Shown here in pieces: positions 1 through 11,909 of a stretch of DNA of 38,386 nucleotides. Numbering within the stretch: the stretch's first letter is position 1; each line of letters opens with the position of its first letter. Source of the DNA: Guillardia theta CCMP2712 (lineage: Eukaryota; Protista; Cryptophyta). The stretch covers positions 28,891 through 67,276 of the forward strand of contig NW_005434450.1 in the NCBI RefSeq assembly GCF_000315625.1, in the 5' to 3' direction. Below the pieces are notes generated by a model. That model was not told where the DNA came from. It made no database searches and saw nothing but the letters and a program-made list of their open reading frames with translations. The position numbers and the translations under genes were made by a program.

Positions 1-222
1 GGACGAGGAGGAGGAGGAGGACGACGGACACGTCACGAATCGCGAAACCGCCGTACTCCTCCTCCTCTTCTCCTCCTCCTCCTCCTCCTCTCCCTCCTCT
101 TCTCCCTCCTCCTCCTCGTTCTCCTGGTCCTCCTCCTCTTTCTTCTTCTCCTTCTCCTTCTCCTTCTCCTTCTCCTTCTCCTTACTCCTCGCTCGGCTCC
201 TGCTCCTGCTCCTTCTCCTCTT
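1..222. repeat. (TCC)n/(TTCTCC)n low-complexity tract, intronic
   Basis: Runs of tcc and ttctcc are directly visible in the intron following the exon that ends at 225. Confidence 0.9.
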
Positions 223-1612
223 GCCTGTTGTTGTTGTCGGTCAGAATGTCGATGACGAAACCGACGCCGCCATGTGCGTAGACCTCCATTGAGCTCTCCT
301 TGTAGTCAGCCTGTAGCAGCGAGCGTCAGGCTACCTCCTTGTGCTCTCCTCATCTCTTTCTGCCTCGTCCCTGTCCCCTTCCCCTTCCCCTTCCCCTTCC
401 TTGTCCCTCCTCCCCTTCTGTCCAACTTTATCCCTCTCCATCCAACTCCTCTGCCTGCTGCTGATCTTTCTCTTTCCCCTCCTCCTTGTCGTGTTAGTCG
501 TCATATCCTGTCTGTTGCTCATCCCCCCTCCCCTCCCCTCCCCCCCCCTTTTTCCTCCTCCTCCTTCTCCTCCCCCCGTCCTTCTCCTCCTCCGTTGTTT
601 CACCTGGTCCTTGGAGGAAGCCTTCTTGATGGCATTGTCCATATTGGTCTTAGGAACTCCTGCATTCTTGGCTTGATCCAACACCTGGGGATGGAGGTCA
701 AGTGAGAATGGCAGCAGAGAGCATGGAACAGCACGAGGAGGAGGACGAGGAGGGGAGGGAGGGGGAGGAGCAGGAGGAGCAGGAGCAGGAGAGGGGGGGA
801 GGAGCAGCAGCAGGAGAGCACAAACCTTGGCTAGCTGCACGTTGGCAACAGGGTCAGGCCCTCCGGCCTTGACGCACATGGTCACCATCTTGCCATACCT
901 GACAATAACATCAGAGGCCCAGGCCCTTGGGGTCGAGCTCGGGAGAGCTCCACCTGGAGTAGAGCTTGGCCTTGGCAGCGTCTGTCTTTCCCTTCTTGTT
1001 GGCTCTCACCGCTGCAGCCCTTCCCATCATCACCTACCCGCCCCTGGTCACTTCCCTCCTCCCCTCCCCTCCCCTCCCCTCCCATACAGGAGAGATAGGC
1101 GCGGCCTTCCTCGTTGGCTTGCGCAGCTGCTGCTGGCTACAGGCATTGCGGATCTTGCAGGAGTTTTCCTCCTCCTCCTTCATAGGAAGCCTCTGCCCTG
1201 CTCGGGCTGCAGTCAACCGACCTCCTCCTCCTCCTCCTCCACTTCCTCCTGTCATACCGAAAATCTTTCCGACATTCAGCGAAGGAGCAGTGAAGGCCAG
1301 CGTGTCCTTAGCTTCTTCTCCTGTCCATCCCTTGGTAACGATGCTGATGCAGTCAAGAGTCTCAGACTTCCTCCTCTCTCTCTCTCTCTCTCTCTGCCTC
1401 CTCAAACGCTCACCGAAGATCCGCAAGGAACAAAGATGGCTTGTTGAACGCAGAAGCCGCATGCAAGCAGCAAACCAACAAGATAAGAGCGACTGAAATG
1501 AGAGGATAAGTGGAGGGAGAGAAATGAAGATGTGCAGCTGCAGGAATATGCAAGGGTCCTTCCCACCGACTCTTTACATGCTTCGGTCAAGTTTCGTACC
1601 ACGTTGTTCCAT
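1..1612 (-). CDS. YebC/PmpR/TACO1-family protein, plastid-targeted; 3' part lies beyond the window edge
   Basis: Exons include 1612-1600, 1492-1414, ~1033-952, 898-826, ~684-604 and ~311-225. They read MEQRVALILLVCCLHAASAFNKP...MGRAAAVRANKKGKTDAAKAKLYSRYGKMVTMCVKAGGPDPVANVQLAKVLDQAKNAGVPKTNMDNAIKKASSKDQADYKESSMEVYAHGGVGFVIDILTDNNNR, with the YebC motifs GGPDPxxN, PKxNxxxAIKKA and ExY-GGV-TDNxNR. Confidence 0.92.
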
Positions 1613-1979
1613 GGCTAAGCACTACACCTCATGGCTAAAATCCGACCCATTCTCGCATATATCCTGCACGATTCCTCTCTTCTGGTGATCATGCTAATCT
1701 TCACCTCTTTCTTCCTCTCCTTATCTTTACTTAGCTTAATATCGTTTTCCTGTGCTTGCTCCTTCTCCTGGTTTCCGCTGCCTCAGTCACATCATCAACT
1801 CCTCACCCATCCTCGAGCACTCTCATTCTACTGCTCGCCACAGATCACCACCATCTCAACACTTGTTCTTCTGTTCATCTCCTTCCCTTCTCGTCCTCTT
1901 CCACTTCTCCTCCGGTTCTCCTCCCCTCCATTCCCTCGCATCGTACCTCGCTGCATAGCTCTTTAGCGGCCTCCCGTTG

Positions 1980-2220
1980 ATCAGACTTCCTACCCCACCC
2001 TGTCTAGAGACTTCTTTAACCCACCCCATTCTTCATACCCACCCTGCCGCCATACCCAGCGTTTACCCTACAAAAATGAGGATTATATACCCCTACTTAG
2101 TGTACCCCTCGTACATACTACCCACTCTTCAAACCTGGCACCCCCAGATGATATACAGAATCACTACCGGTACTTTTGATTAATAAATAAAGGGGTACAT
2201 CATCGTCTCCTCTATCACCC
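1980..2220 (-). promoter_or_regulatory. ACCCC/TACCC-rich tract (GGGGT on the coding strand) upstream of the YebC/TACO1 gene
   Basis: Dense taccc/cacccc words on +. The same oriented tract recurs upstream of other genes. A regulatory role is inferred. Confidence 0.4.
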
Positions 2221-2231
2221 CGCAATTCTAA

Positions 2232-2417
2232 GTCATTTGGAGGGGTGGTCAAGATTCAGCGAACAGCCATGTTTGGCAAGCTGCACCAGGTAGTTGTAAC
2301 CCTCCTCATGTCTTGCGAACGAGACAGCAATCACTGCATGGAGCAAGAGCAAGAGGATCAGGAGAAGTCCACTGAGTGATGAGTTTCATGATCATGAGGA
2401 CCGCGAGTAAGAGCAGA

Positions 2418-2457
<40 letters not shown>

Positions 2458-3536
2458 AGATCAGGAGCAGGAGCAAGAGCAGGAGCAGGAGAGGTGCGCT
2501 AAGGAGATCGTGTTGGGAGATGATGATAAGAAATGTGGATTAGCCCGTTGCAAAGGATTTCTCAGGAGTGCATGATGCGCAAGATTGATAATTGCGACAT
2601 TCAAACCGATGAAAAGAGAAATTACAGGTTTGGAGTAGAAGGAGTCTGAAGTCGACGATGCAGACCACCTTGTTACTTATCCTATAGAGATGTGATTGTA
2701 CAAGGAAGAACAACGAGGATAGGACTATGCCTGCCAGTACGAAGAATTTAAGGAATGGTCTTGCTGCGATCGATCTCAGTGCATGGCTGAGAGGGGTTTC
2801 ACTTGGATATATCCTCCACCAGATCTTCTTCCTGTGTTGTTGCTGACTCGGACATGCTTCAGACGCAGTTCCAAATCCTCCAGGAGGCTCCTCTGACTGT
2901 TGGGGCGAGCTTGGACCTACGGTAAATGATACATGCTGCTGCTTACATCACCTTGAGGATTTCACTTGATGTTGCAAACAGGATTGCGGTCCTCTCGGAG
3001 ATGACTGTGGTTCTGGTTGGAAAATCTGATCAAAGGGCGAGGGCTAGCACTGTGAATAAAAGTTGAACAATCTGAAGTGTTCTCTGTTGTATAGCATGGA
3101 CATCAGTTGTCGTTGAGGGAACTATCCACTCTCAAAGTTGGCTTTTTCTGTAGGACAGGAAAGAAGTTTGGTATGAGACTCAGCTGTAGATGTTATGATG
3201 TTAGTGTATTCAGCTGTTGTTGGCCAGCAAATCATACGTGACACAAGCAGGTGTCAGTCAGTTTCACAAGCTTTATTGACAAACGATGCACATCGTGGTG
3301 GGTGATGCAGGTAAAACACAAAACCTTACAGTCTGTAACGTAAGACTGCAATGGGAGACTTGTTCAAGAACGGACCTCCTGAAGTTCAGTTTGGTTACCG
3401 GGCAGAATATATCACTTGCAGCATTTTCACCTGTTAAAGCACCAATGCACTGCATTCTGTTGTCAAGGTAGTCGAAGTTTTCGCAACCTGAGTGACTTGT
3501 TCAATTTTTTTTTTCAAGGAGTTGATGATGGTATGA
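2232..3536 (+). CDS. Hypothetical multi-exon protein, structure unresolved
   Basis: A chain of short segments bounded by AG/GT, e.g. AWSKSKRIRRSPLSDEFHDHEDR, TQFQILQEAPLTVGASLDLR|IAVLSEMTVVLVGK and TNALHSVVK|ELMMV* (TGA 3534-3536). No family recognised and no start found. Confidence 0.35.
2410..2492. repeat. (GCAGGA)n hexamer microsatellite, probably intronic
   Basis: Tandem gcagga units follow a gtaag donor at ~2407. Confidence 0.9.
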
Positions 3537-3588
3537 AATGTAGGCTAACTCCACTCCACCAAGGAAAACAGCACTCGTAGGTGAAGAT

Positions 3589-4485
3589 TCACGGAACCCA
3601 ACTCACTTTGTTTTGTGTCACGATCGAACACCGAGGTCACAGAAACATATCATACACTTTCCTCTTACATCAGCCAAGGTATCAAACACAAAGAAGGATC
3701 CACAAGAAATCATAGGAAGGAGAACTCATTTGAACAAACTGCATTCAATTTAACCGTCCAAGACAAACAGGTTCATTCCCCATTATCACCTTCCTACGAT
3801 CACACGTTCGGCGCGCACTTACAGTAGTCGATCGCGTCCATGTTCTTCTGGATGTCTGTGCTTGTGTTTCTTGTCGGGTAGTCTGAAGGAAGCGACCCCA
3901 GATCAAAGTCCAGCATGGCGCCTTCGCCTACCGGGACCCACAGCATTGTCGCTTGGCGCTGCCAAGAGCAGATGGGGGGTAGGGTAAGTCAATGGGGGGT
4001 GGATATTTCTGTTATGGTAAATATCTTCCGATTTTTGTTTTTTATTTTTGAATATTTTACTCATAATTTTAGAATAATTCAAGAGTATGGGGGGTAGGGG
4101 TACAATAGAATTGTGCCTTTGAGGTGGGGTGGTCATATTGTAACGACACGAGAAACGGCTTTGTCCCTTCGATACCCCATGCCGAGACGTCGAGGAAAAG
4201 TGGTAGTAGTGGGAGAGTGGCAACGAAGACGAAAGAGAATGAAGAGAGAAGATGCATAGATGAGAATGTGATGAGCAGGAACGATGAGATGCGGTATGCA
4301 GAGGGAAGGAGATGAAGGCTAGCAGAGCAGGGTTAGGAGCAGTCTGGAGTGTGAGAAAATATCTGCAAGGGAAGACAATAGGGGTTGGCTTGGACACGTT
4401 CAAGACAGAAAAAGGTGAATGGTATGAGGAATGACCAGTAGAGCAGATCGAAACTAGACCGACTGATTACAACGATTTGTGTCAT
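3589..4485 (-). CDS. Small acidic hypothetical peptide (~55 aa)
   Basis: Core exon 3958-3823 is bounded by CAG and GTAAG and encodes RQATMLWVPVGEGAMLDFDLGSLPSDYPTRNTSTDIQKNMDAIDY. Flanking exons 4485-4471 (MTQIV) and 3605-3589 (LSWVP*) are phase-compatible but tentative. Confidence 0.5.
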
Positions 4486-4717
4486 TTACATCGGCGAGAA
4501 CTTTTTGTTTGGATGAATCCAAAGGATGATCATTAGCACTGCAAGAGTACTGCAGACCGTTGATCCATGTCGCTCGACGAGAACTGAGTGCACTTGATCT
4601 TTCTGTTGATTTGTTCGGTGTCTCGCTTGTGCTGCGCTTTCTCAATCGCGCATTGCGGACGCAAGGATGGGTGAATTCATAAGTCCTTCCAACTGACACG
4701 GTTTTTGCCGATCCAGC

Positions 4718-5062
4718 ATGCTGCAAATGTTGTTCAGCAAACCCAGATTCTCCATGTTGTTCGACAACGTCAACCCATTCACCGAGGAGGTCGTCGGCGA
4801 GTGGAACCTCCCAGACGGCGTAAGTCCATATTCCTCACGCTCAGCCATCGCTTCTTCGAACCGCTGACCACGCCTCCAGATCCTCTTGGCCCCTGCTGGA
4901 GGGTTGGAATACCCCGCGAACGATCCGGCCACACAGTGAGCTCTCTCCTCCTCCTCTTCCCTCCTCCCCGCCCCCCCCGCCCCCGCTGATTCCTGCTGAA
5001 GGTACTACGGTCCTGATGGTGTGATCGACTTCACCACCCCCGTCGACGTCTCGGGATATTAG
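4718..5062 (+). CDS. Small acidic hypothetical peptide (72 aa, 3 exons)
   Basis: Exons 4718-4819, 4880-4935 and 5002-5062 have donors GTAAGT and GTGAGC, CTGAC/CTGAT branch-like words and consistent phases. Product: MLQMLFSKPRFSMLFDNVNPFTEEVVGEWNLPDGILLAPAGGLEYPANDPATQYYGPDGVIDFTTPVDVSGY*. Confidence 0.8.
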
Positions 5063-5115
5063 ATTCAAGCTAGTGGAGGGAGAATGTTCTTGAGGGGAGA
5101 GCTATAAACATGATG

Positions 5116-5580
5116 TCAGTGACCTATGCTGCCCTGACCACCGTGGCTGTCACTGCTCGAAAGATTCGACTGACGTGGCCCACGCCGCAGCCTCCGAGGC
5201 TCCGAGGCCAGCGGCAGTGAGCCGGCCCGGCGGGCAGCTCCTCCATGCAGTGCCCGGCTGACTCGGAAGAATCTTTCAATTTTGCAGAAGGGAACTTGAA
5301 CTAGGACTGCCACTGATCCGAACTGACTGAGTCCCGGTGACGCTCAGATGATCGGACTGCGGCTCAGGGCCGCACTGTCAATAGATGCCAGACTCTCAGT
5401 TCTGCACCGGCGAGTCAGCCCGGCAGTCACTTCAAGTACGGTTGCAGTACGGTCACAGGCGGCGGCCGGGTCGGCAGGCGCGGCGCTGGGAGGCCGCCGG
5501 GCTCCGAGGCTCACTGAGCGAGTACGGTCACTCAGTGATCGGACTCGGACGCCGGTCCACTCAGTGAAACTTGACGAGGG
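5116..5580. other. GC-rich intergenic island (CTCCGAG/ACTCGG/TCAGTG/GGCCGG vocabulary)
   Basis: Repeated words ctccgagg, actcgg, cactga/tcagtg and ccggc. The same vocabulary occurs at 10590-11180, 25690-25830 and 35310-35480. Confidence 0.6.
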
Positions 5581-5614
5581 TATGAGGGTGATGATTATGT
5601 TGCGTGTGCGAACG

Positions 5615-5885
5615 GAAGGGGTGGGAGGAGAAATTGGGAGGTAGTGAGGAAAATATGGGGTGGGGTGAGAAAATAGGGGTACTTGAGAGGTGAATTACAT
5701 TGGAAAAATAGGGGTGATGAATTTCCAGTGGGTTCGACGAATGGGTGGGTGGGTTGGGGTTTCAGGGGGTTTGATGATTTTCATGTGGGGTAGAAGCAGA
5801 AAGAGGGGTTAGATATCAGTCAAATGAGGGGGTACTGGTCAATTCACGAGGGGTGGTAGGAAATTGTGGGGTGGGGTGGGTGAGC
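5615..5885 (+). promoter_or_regulatory. GGGGT(A)-rich tract immediately upstream of QCR7
   Basis: Many ggggt/gggggtac words end a few bases before ATG 5899. Function is inferred. Confidence 0.45.
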
Positions 5886-5898
5886 GACGGCGGCGAAG

Positions 5899-6720
5899 AT
5901 GGACAAATTGCTGAGGCCGCTGGCTATGTGGTATGGCCGAAAAGTGGAGCACGAGCTTGCGAAATATGGTGAGATCATGTAAAAACATGCATGAAATGAC
6001 GTTATGGAGAGCGACTGGTACATGGTGGGTGTGCAGTTTGATTGAAATAGAAGGAATTAGCGGCACGGGGAGCAATGGAGAAGGAACAGGAAAAGAGAAC
6101 GAAGAGACACGATGAGCGGGGATGAAGATTGTGATATGCATGAGACATGATTGAATATTGTTCAACAGAGCAGAGATGTTAAGAACTGATAGTGATCGAA
6201 GTACCGGTAGTCCGGGTGCAAATGCGTGGATGAAATCTGCCCATGCGTGCTGTTTGTCTTTTTCCCTAGCATCACCACGTTGCGCCCGCATGTGGATGTT
6301 TCTCAGTGTGATATTTTGCTCTGAACAGGTTTGAAATACGAGGACATCTTGAACGACTCTCACCCGGACATTCAGACTGCCATTTTAAGGTTTGGCTGCA
6401 GCTGCCATCCGCGGACAGCAGGCTCACGTGATCGCAGGCTGTCGCCGGAGGAGATTTCGAATCGCAACAAGAGGCTGAAGAGAGCTCTGGACATCTCTCT
6501 GAAACACGCTGAGGTGCCATACCTCCTCTTGCTCGCCTCCTCGGCACTTGACCTCTCGTGTGGATCAACAGTTGAGCAAGGAGGCGCAAGCTAGCGTACA
6601 GCCGTTTGTAGGATACCTCCCTCTTCAGCGAGCAAGGGATGAGCGTCTTGAGAGGTACACAACGTTATCAGTGCTCTTGATCCATGCTGATGGGAACGAC
6701 GCAGGTTGATGAACAAGTAA
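5899..6720 (+). CDS. QCR7: Cytochrome bc1 complex subunit 7 (ubiquinol-cytochrome c reductase 14 kDa subunit)
   Basis: Exons 5899-5968, 6329-6389, 6438-6513, 6572-6654 and 6705-6720, all GT-AG and in phase: MDKLLRPLAMWYGRKVEHELAKYGLKYEDILNDSHPDIQTAILRLSPEEISNRNKRLKRALDISLKHAELSKEAQASVQPFVGYLPLQRARDERLERLMNK*. Contains the family motifs YGLxYxD and RxxRLKRAxDxSxKH. Confidence 0.97.
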
Positions 6721-7009
6721 GTTGTTGTTGTCACCTTGTTGGACGCGGATCTTTGCTTTTGATTTACATGAAGAACAATCACAAAGTTCTGCTGTTGCCT
6801 GCTCTGCTGTTTATTCTTCCTAATCTTGATGTGCGGCACCTCTGTGATCTGCAGGAAGAATTCTTCTTGGAGTTCTCTCCAGAAATCTTCGTGGAATTCT
6901 TCCTGCAGATTAGAGAATGGAAAGCGTGCAGGAAGCGCGAATCAGTTGATGTTGGGGGAGGTTGAGGGGAATAGGAGAGAAAGCAGCACGTTGCTAGGAA
7001 TGATATGAT

Positions 7010-10000
7010 TCACAATTCATTGATCGTCTCGGGAGGGTCGAGGTACTTGCGAGCGAGGAAGAGACTTAGGCCCTTGAGCCTTTTCTGCATCATGTCCCCG
7101 GGAACGAACTTGCCTGGGAGTGAGGGAGTGAGGCGAGGAAGCAGAGTACAAGTAGACATCACCGATGACGAGGCAGAGGAAGATCCATCGGGCAGGTGTC
7201 ACTGCCAAGGCTGTGCCGGTCGAGGCCACAAGGACGCAGAAGCACATGGACTGACGCGGATGTTCTTGAAGCCAAGTCAGAGATAATCACCTCCTCCTCC
7301 GCTCACCCCAAGAATACAAGATGGCGAGCTTAGCGAGTATTCGATTCACCTGCACCAACAAATATTAGCCGCCCGTGTCGCCGAATTCCATGATAGCAAG
7401 AAAACACTGCTGCTGCTGCTGCTGCTGGTCGCCGCTGTGGAGGAAGGAGGAGGAAGAAGCGCCACCCTCACCTGCTGGATCGTGTTCTGCAGCTGGCTCA
7501 GCTTCTGCGTCTTCTCCCTCCCCATCTGCAGACCAACTTGCAGCTGTCGCTCCACCTGCCAGGAAGCTCACGATGGGGCTGTGCAACCAGTCTGCTCAAC
7601 CTCCACGAAGTTCTCCCTGAGCGCCTTCTTCATGTTCTGACGAAGTTTGCGGACTGAGGCGACCTGGAGGACAAGTGACCAGCGGCTGGAGGGAGGAGGT
7701 GAGAGCAGGGCAGGAGGGAGCTGAGGAACGGGAGTGGCAAATATGGTAGACGCGAGGAAGAATTTGGGAGTGGCGAAGAGATCAGCGAAGAGGTGAGCAG
7801 CGGGCACTGGAAAGGAGAGGAGAGGAGGAGGGGGGGGAGGGAGAAACAAAGGTTTCTATTTGCAGGAAGGAGACCTACCTGATCGCCGATGCGAGAGAAC
7901 CATCCTCTGGTAGCAGGGGACCCCATGTTCCTCCCAGACATCTGCGAGGGCATCCTCTCCAGGGAGAAGTCCTCCTCCTGCTTCCTATGGCTGATGAGCT
8001 CCTCCGCCGAGCTCTCCTTGTACTCAGCAAAGTTCGTGCCCTCCTCTTCTTCCTCGCTCCCCCTCCCCTTCAGCCTCTGCAAGTTGTCTCGAGTGATGGA
8101 ATAGGAGCACCCCGTTGCCGATGCCACCACCGCTTGCTGCACACAAAGGTGAGGACTCAGCTCCGGAAGATCGCCGGAGAGTCACAGCTGAGCAACGGGC
8201 CGGGAGAAGGGAACAGCAGGCAAGGGAGGGGAGGGAGCAAAGACAAGTCACCTCCTTCATCGTCGTGCTCGCAGCTTCTATCACCGCTGTCCTCCTCCAG
8301 CCGCTCGAGATCGCCGGGAACAAGTGCCGCATGCACCCCCGCAGCGCAACTTTGCCAGAGAAGGTGATGAAGGCTCCTGGGATGAGCATGGACAGGGCAT
8401 CGTAGTGGAAGACGGCAAGGCAGGCGGCGAGGGCTGCGGAGGAGAGGAGGGGCTGCCGCCAGCTGCAGAGGTGGTCCAGACTCTTCAAAGTGTCGTAGAT
8501 GCCCAGGGAAAGCTCGTCTAGCTGGGGTTCAGCTGGTCAGCGCAGGGAGGGAAGAGGTCGGGGAGGAGTCACCTTGACCAGGTTCTGGTCGAGAGTCTTG
8601 AAGTTGAAGATGTCGAGGGTTTTCCCCTCCTCCTCCGCCTTCCGGTACCTCTCGGCGGCCTGGAAAGAGCTGTAAAGCTCCTCGATGAGCGGGCAGACGC
8701 CGTTGCTCTCGAGGCAGGAGGAGTTGAGGGAGCAGAGGAAGAGGGAAGAAACCTCTCGTCCTAGCACGCTCTCCAGCGCTCTAGCCCTGATGATGTTCTC
8801 CGCCACGAAAGCCGGCAGCCAAGGCAGGCGGCCACTCTCGAAGACTGTGTGGATGGGGATGGGAAAGTCGCTCCTCTCGTACCTCTCCCTCGCCATCTTG
8901 TGCGCGATCAGAAGCTCCTTGAGATGCTTCATCCACGTTGCACAGAGCAGGCCAGACAGCTCTACAAACTGGAACTTCGCCAGTCCTCCTCCGTGCCACC
9001 GAAACTGGATGGCTGAGAGGCCCATGAAGCCCTTCTGGCCTCCAGCTCCTCCAGCTTCCTGCTTCTCTCCCGCAAGATGCGCTCCACTATCATTGTCCGT
9101 GTCCGCATTGCTCGACTCGTACCCCGTCTCCCCCGCAAATTCCTCCCCGGGGCTAGGCATCCCGTTGTCGCTCGACGAGTCTCCGAACATGACCTCCCTC
9201 TTCGAGGAGGAGCAAGCTTCGTTCTTCAAGAGACCGCTGCTGCAGGAGACTGGAGAGCTGTTCCCGAGGTCGTTGGAAGAAGACTCGTTCGATCGCGTCG
9301 GTTTCTTTCGCAATGGCGTCAAGTCCGTTCCCTCCCCACCTCCTGATTTGAACCCAGCAAGCCGAGCTACAGCCGCCACTATCGAGAGGTTCCCCCCCTT
9401 AGCAAGCAGTCCAAAACCCGGGAGGTGAGAGAGGAGGAGGCGAGCTTGATTCAGCTCCACCGCTACCCTCCTCACGTCAATCACTGACTGTAGCGAGATA
9501 ACCCTCCTGTTGTGGAGCACAGGATCCTGGAAGACGATGTGGTCAGCAGAGAGGTATAGGGACCCAACAGCCGGAGGAAACTGCGAGCAGTCAGCAGCGT
9601 ATGGGGTGTGAAGGATACACTGCTCGGACTCCAGCCCACATTGCTCCTTGATCACCGACCACTGGTCCGCATAGTTACAGTCGAATTCGGCCTTATATAA
9701 GGCGTCCACGTACTTCTCGAAGCGATCGAGCGTGAGCTCCTCCTTGCTCTCGCAGTCGGAGACGAGCTCGTCAAAAACGATCCCCGCCACACCCGCAGTC
9801 CCTGCCAGCTGCTGCAGCAGGGGCGCCACTCGGACGAAACTGGACCGTGATCGGAGTTGTGTGTTGCCTTCCATCAGAGCGCTAACATCCATGAGCTCGA
9901 AGAAGAGGCGAGGGCACAGACGAAGAAGGTCGGGAATCTGCTTGCACGCTCGGAACATGGCATACTCCTCGAACTCCAGCTTCTTCTGTGCATGGATGTA

Positions 10001-10359
10001 ATACGACTGCGACGAGAGGTACTCGTCTATCAACTGTTGCATGCTGAGACCCATCAGGCTGCTGAGCTGCTTCATCTGCTCAAACTGCATCCACCATGTC
10101 TTAAGACCGTCTCGCTTGGTCGACATCATATCAAGTACTCCTTCTACCCTTGTTCCAAGCTCTGCTGTGCTGGCTCCTGCTCCTGCCCAGTTTCTTGCGA
10201 GGCACAGCTGTTAGCCCTCAAGGCTCCGAAGCACTGGAAGCACAAGGCTTCACTTCTCCCTCCTCTTCTATCTCAATCAGCTCGGGTCTAGATCTCTCCT
10301 CTCCTCCCCTCCCCTCACTCCTGCCCTCTCCACCTCCCTCCCTCCTTCCCTTTCTGCAT
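7010..10359 (-). CDS. GRAM-domain protein with MCTP/PRT_C- or GRAMD4-like hydrophobic C-terminus
   Basis: The large exon (~10206-8572) has a GRAM-like GSLYLSADHIVFQD...RVISLQSVIDVRR. Later exons give WRQPLLSSAALAACLAVFHY, LQNTIQQ|VNRILAKLAILYSW|EHPRQSMCFCVLVASTGTALAVTPARWIFLCLVIG and KFVPGDMMQKRLKGLSLFLARKYLDPPETINEL* (TGA 7012-7010). The start position is approximate. Confidence 0.7.
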
Positions 10360-10369
10360 GGCGCGTAAC

Positions 10370-10590
10370 TCAACCACCCACCCCCTCACCCTTTTTCCTC
10401 ATTTCTTGAGTACCCTACCCCACCACCCACAAACCCACCCATATCATATCCTGAATTTCCGTATAAAAAGTACCCGTGTTTATCACACCCCTACCCTCAC
10501 CTCAAAGATATCCACAAATATACCCCCCACACCTACCCCACCCCACCCCACCCCACCCCACCCCCTTCAATGCAAACAATTCCACCCCAT
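10370..10590 (-). promoter_or_regulatory. ACCCC-rich tract upstream of the GRAM gene
   Basis: (CCCCA)n and taccc words on +, which are G-rich on the coding strand. Confidence 0.4.
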
Positions 10591-11180
10591 CCCGGTCGCT
10601 CTGAGGGGCACCCACTGGGCCGCGCTGAGAGTCTCAGTCCCGGGCCCGGGGCCCCCGCGCGGCGGCCGCGCGCCGGGAGCCTCCGAGGGCCGCCGGGCCG
10701 CCCGGCGGCGGCCGAACTTCGGCCGCTCGAGGCTCGAATCGGAACCGTTGGACAGGCTCCTCGGACGGTGAGCCTGACTCAGTCGGAGCCTCACTGCACT
10801 GCTTAGTCTTTTAGTTAGACTCCGGCCGTGACTCGGAGGCCGCTCACTGTACTTCCCGGGCCGGCCCGTGGCAACCCAGCCGGGCGCCGGGCCGGGCCGG
10901 CCGCCGGCCTGCCCCGGCGGCCGGGCAGCCTCGGATCGGACGCCACGGTGCGCATGGCCGGCCGGGCGGCCGGGCCGGGTGACGGTGCGGCCCTGAACTT
11001 CCGGGCCCCCGGGCCTGACTCTCGTCGGAGCCTCGGAGGGCCGCCGGGGCGTGCCGCCGCAGTCGGAGCGTTGGCAGCGCCGGCCGGGCCCGGGCCCGGG
11101 GCCCCTGTCAGCGGCCGCACTGCACTGCTCGCGGTCGGCAGTCAAGCCTCGCGGCCCGCCGGGCCCGGTAATCAGGTTGT
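10590..11180. other. Very GC-rich intergenic island between divergent genes
   Basis: Dense ccggg, ggccg, gggccc, ctcgga and actcagt words with many short palindromes. Its ORFs are P/G/R/A-rich and not credible. Confidence 0.7.
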
Positions 11181-11569
11181 CCGTAAAACCATTTTAATTG
11201 ACCTTTGACACTGAAGAGACATGGCCTCTTGAGACTGAGGAGGCACCACTCCCCTGCAGACGCCAGCGCCACCTGCCTTAGATGTTCACATGGAGCAAAG
11301 ACCCTCAAGGTATCACCTTGGGCTGTTTCTGAAGTAAATTTATTGAGAAATGTCATCACTATACCCCCATCTCTTCGAATGAATTGAACTTTGAGTTACC
11401 CCCACCCCCCATTGGAACCCTTATAAATCCCATAAATTAAATGTATAACAGACCCAAATTGTAGCTTCCTATCTTCCTAGGACCTCTGGTGTACACATTC
11501 CTTAGAGGGATGCCCAGTTGGTCATAGGGAGGTCATAGCAATCAAAAATAGCGTAATTGAAGAGAAGAG

Positions 11570-11870
11570 GGTGGGGGTGGTTTTCGTTTTTATACATGTG
11601 GATGGGTAGGTAGGGTAGTCATTTTGCTGGGAATTGCAGGGTGGTCATCTCTTGGTGTAGAGCCCCCCTCGTACTACCCGGGTACTGTGAAGTCCAGCAG
11701 TGGGTACTGTGATGTGAAGGGGTCCATAAGGGACTGGGGTACACCATATGGGTGGGGTGGTAAAGGAAAGTTGTAGTGTTGTACTCTCCAAAGGGGGGTG
11801 GTTCTTGGAAGTTGATAGGGGTGGGGTTGGGTTGGGTGGGTTGTCCTGAAGTAGGTGGGGGTTGGGCTGA
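11570..11870 (+). promoter_or_regulatory. GGGGT(A)-rich tract upstream of the PB1-UBA gene
   Basis: ggggtgg, gggtagg and ggggtac words on +, the mirror image of 10370-10590. Confidence 0.4.
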
Positions 11871-11909
11871 CCATTGGCGCCCAAACAGAAGCAAAACATG
11901 GGTGGAAGA

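Noticed and set aside
4454-5068. Minus-strand ORFs 4642-4932, 4454-4726 and 4841-5068
   Set aside because: Splice signals and phases support a three-exon plus-strand gene over the same bases.
10358-11208. Pro/Gly/Arg/Ala-rich ORFs in the GC island (also 5116-5644 and 25583-25911)
   Set aside because: Stop-codon scarcity in very GC-rich DNA opens frames on both strands, and no domain signal is present.
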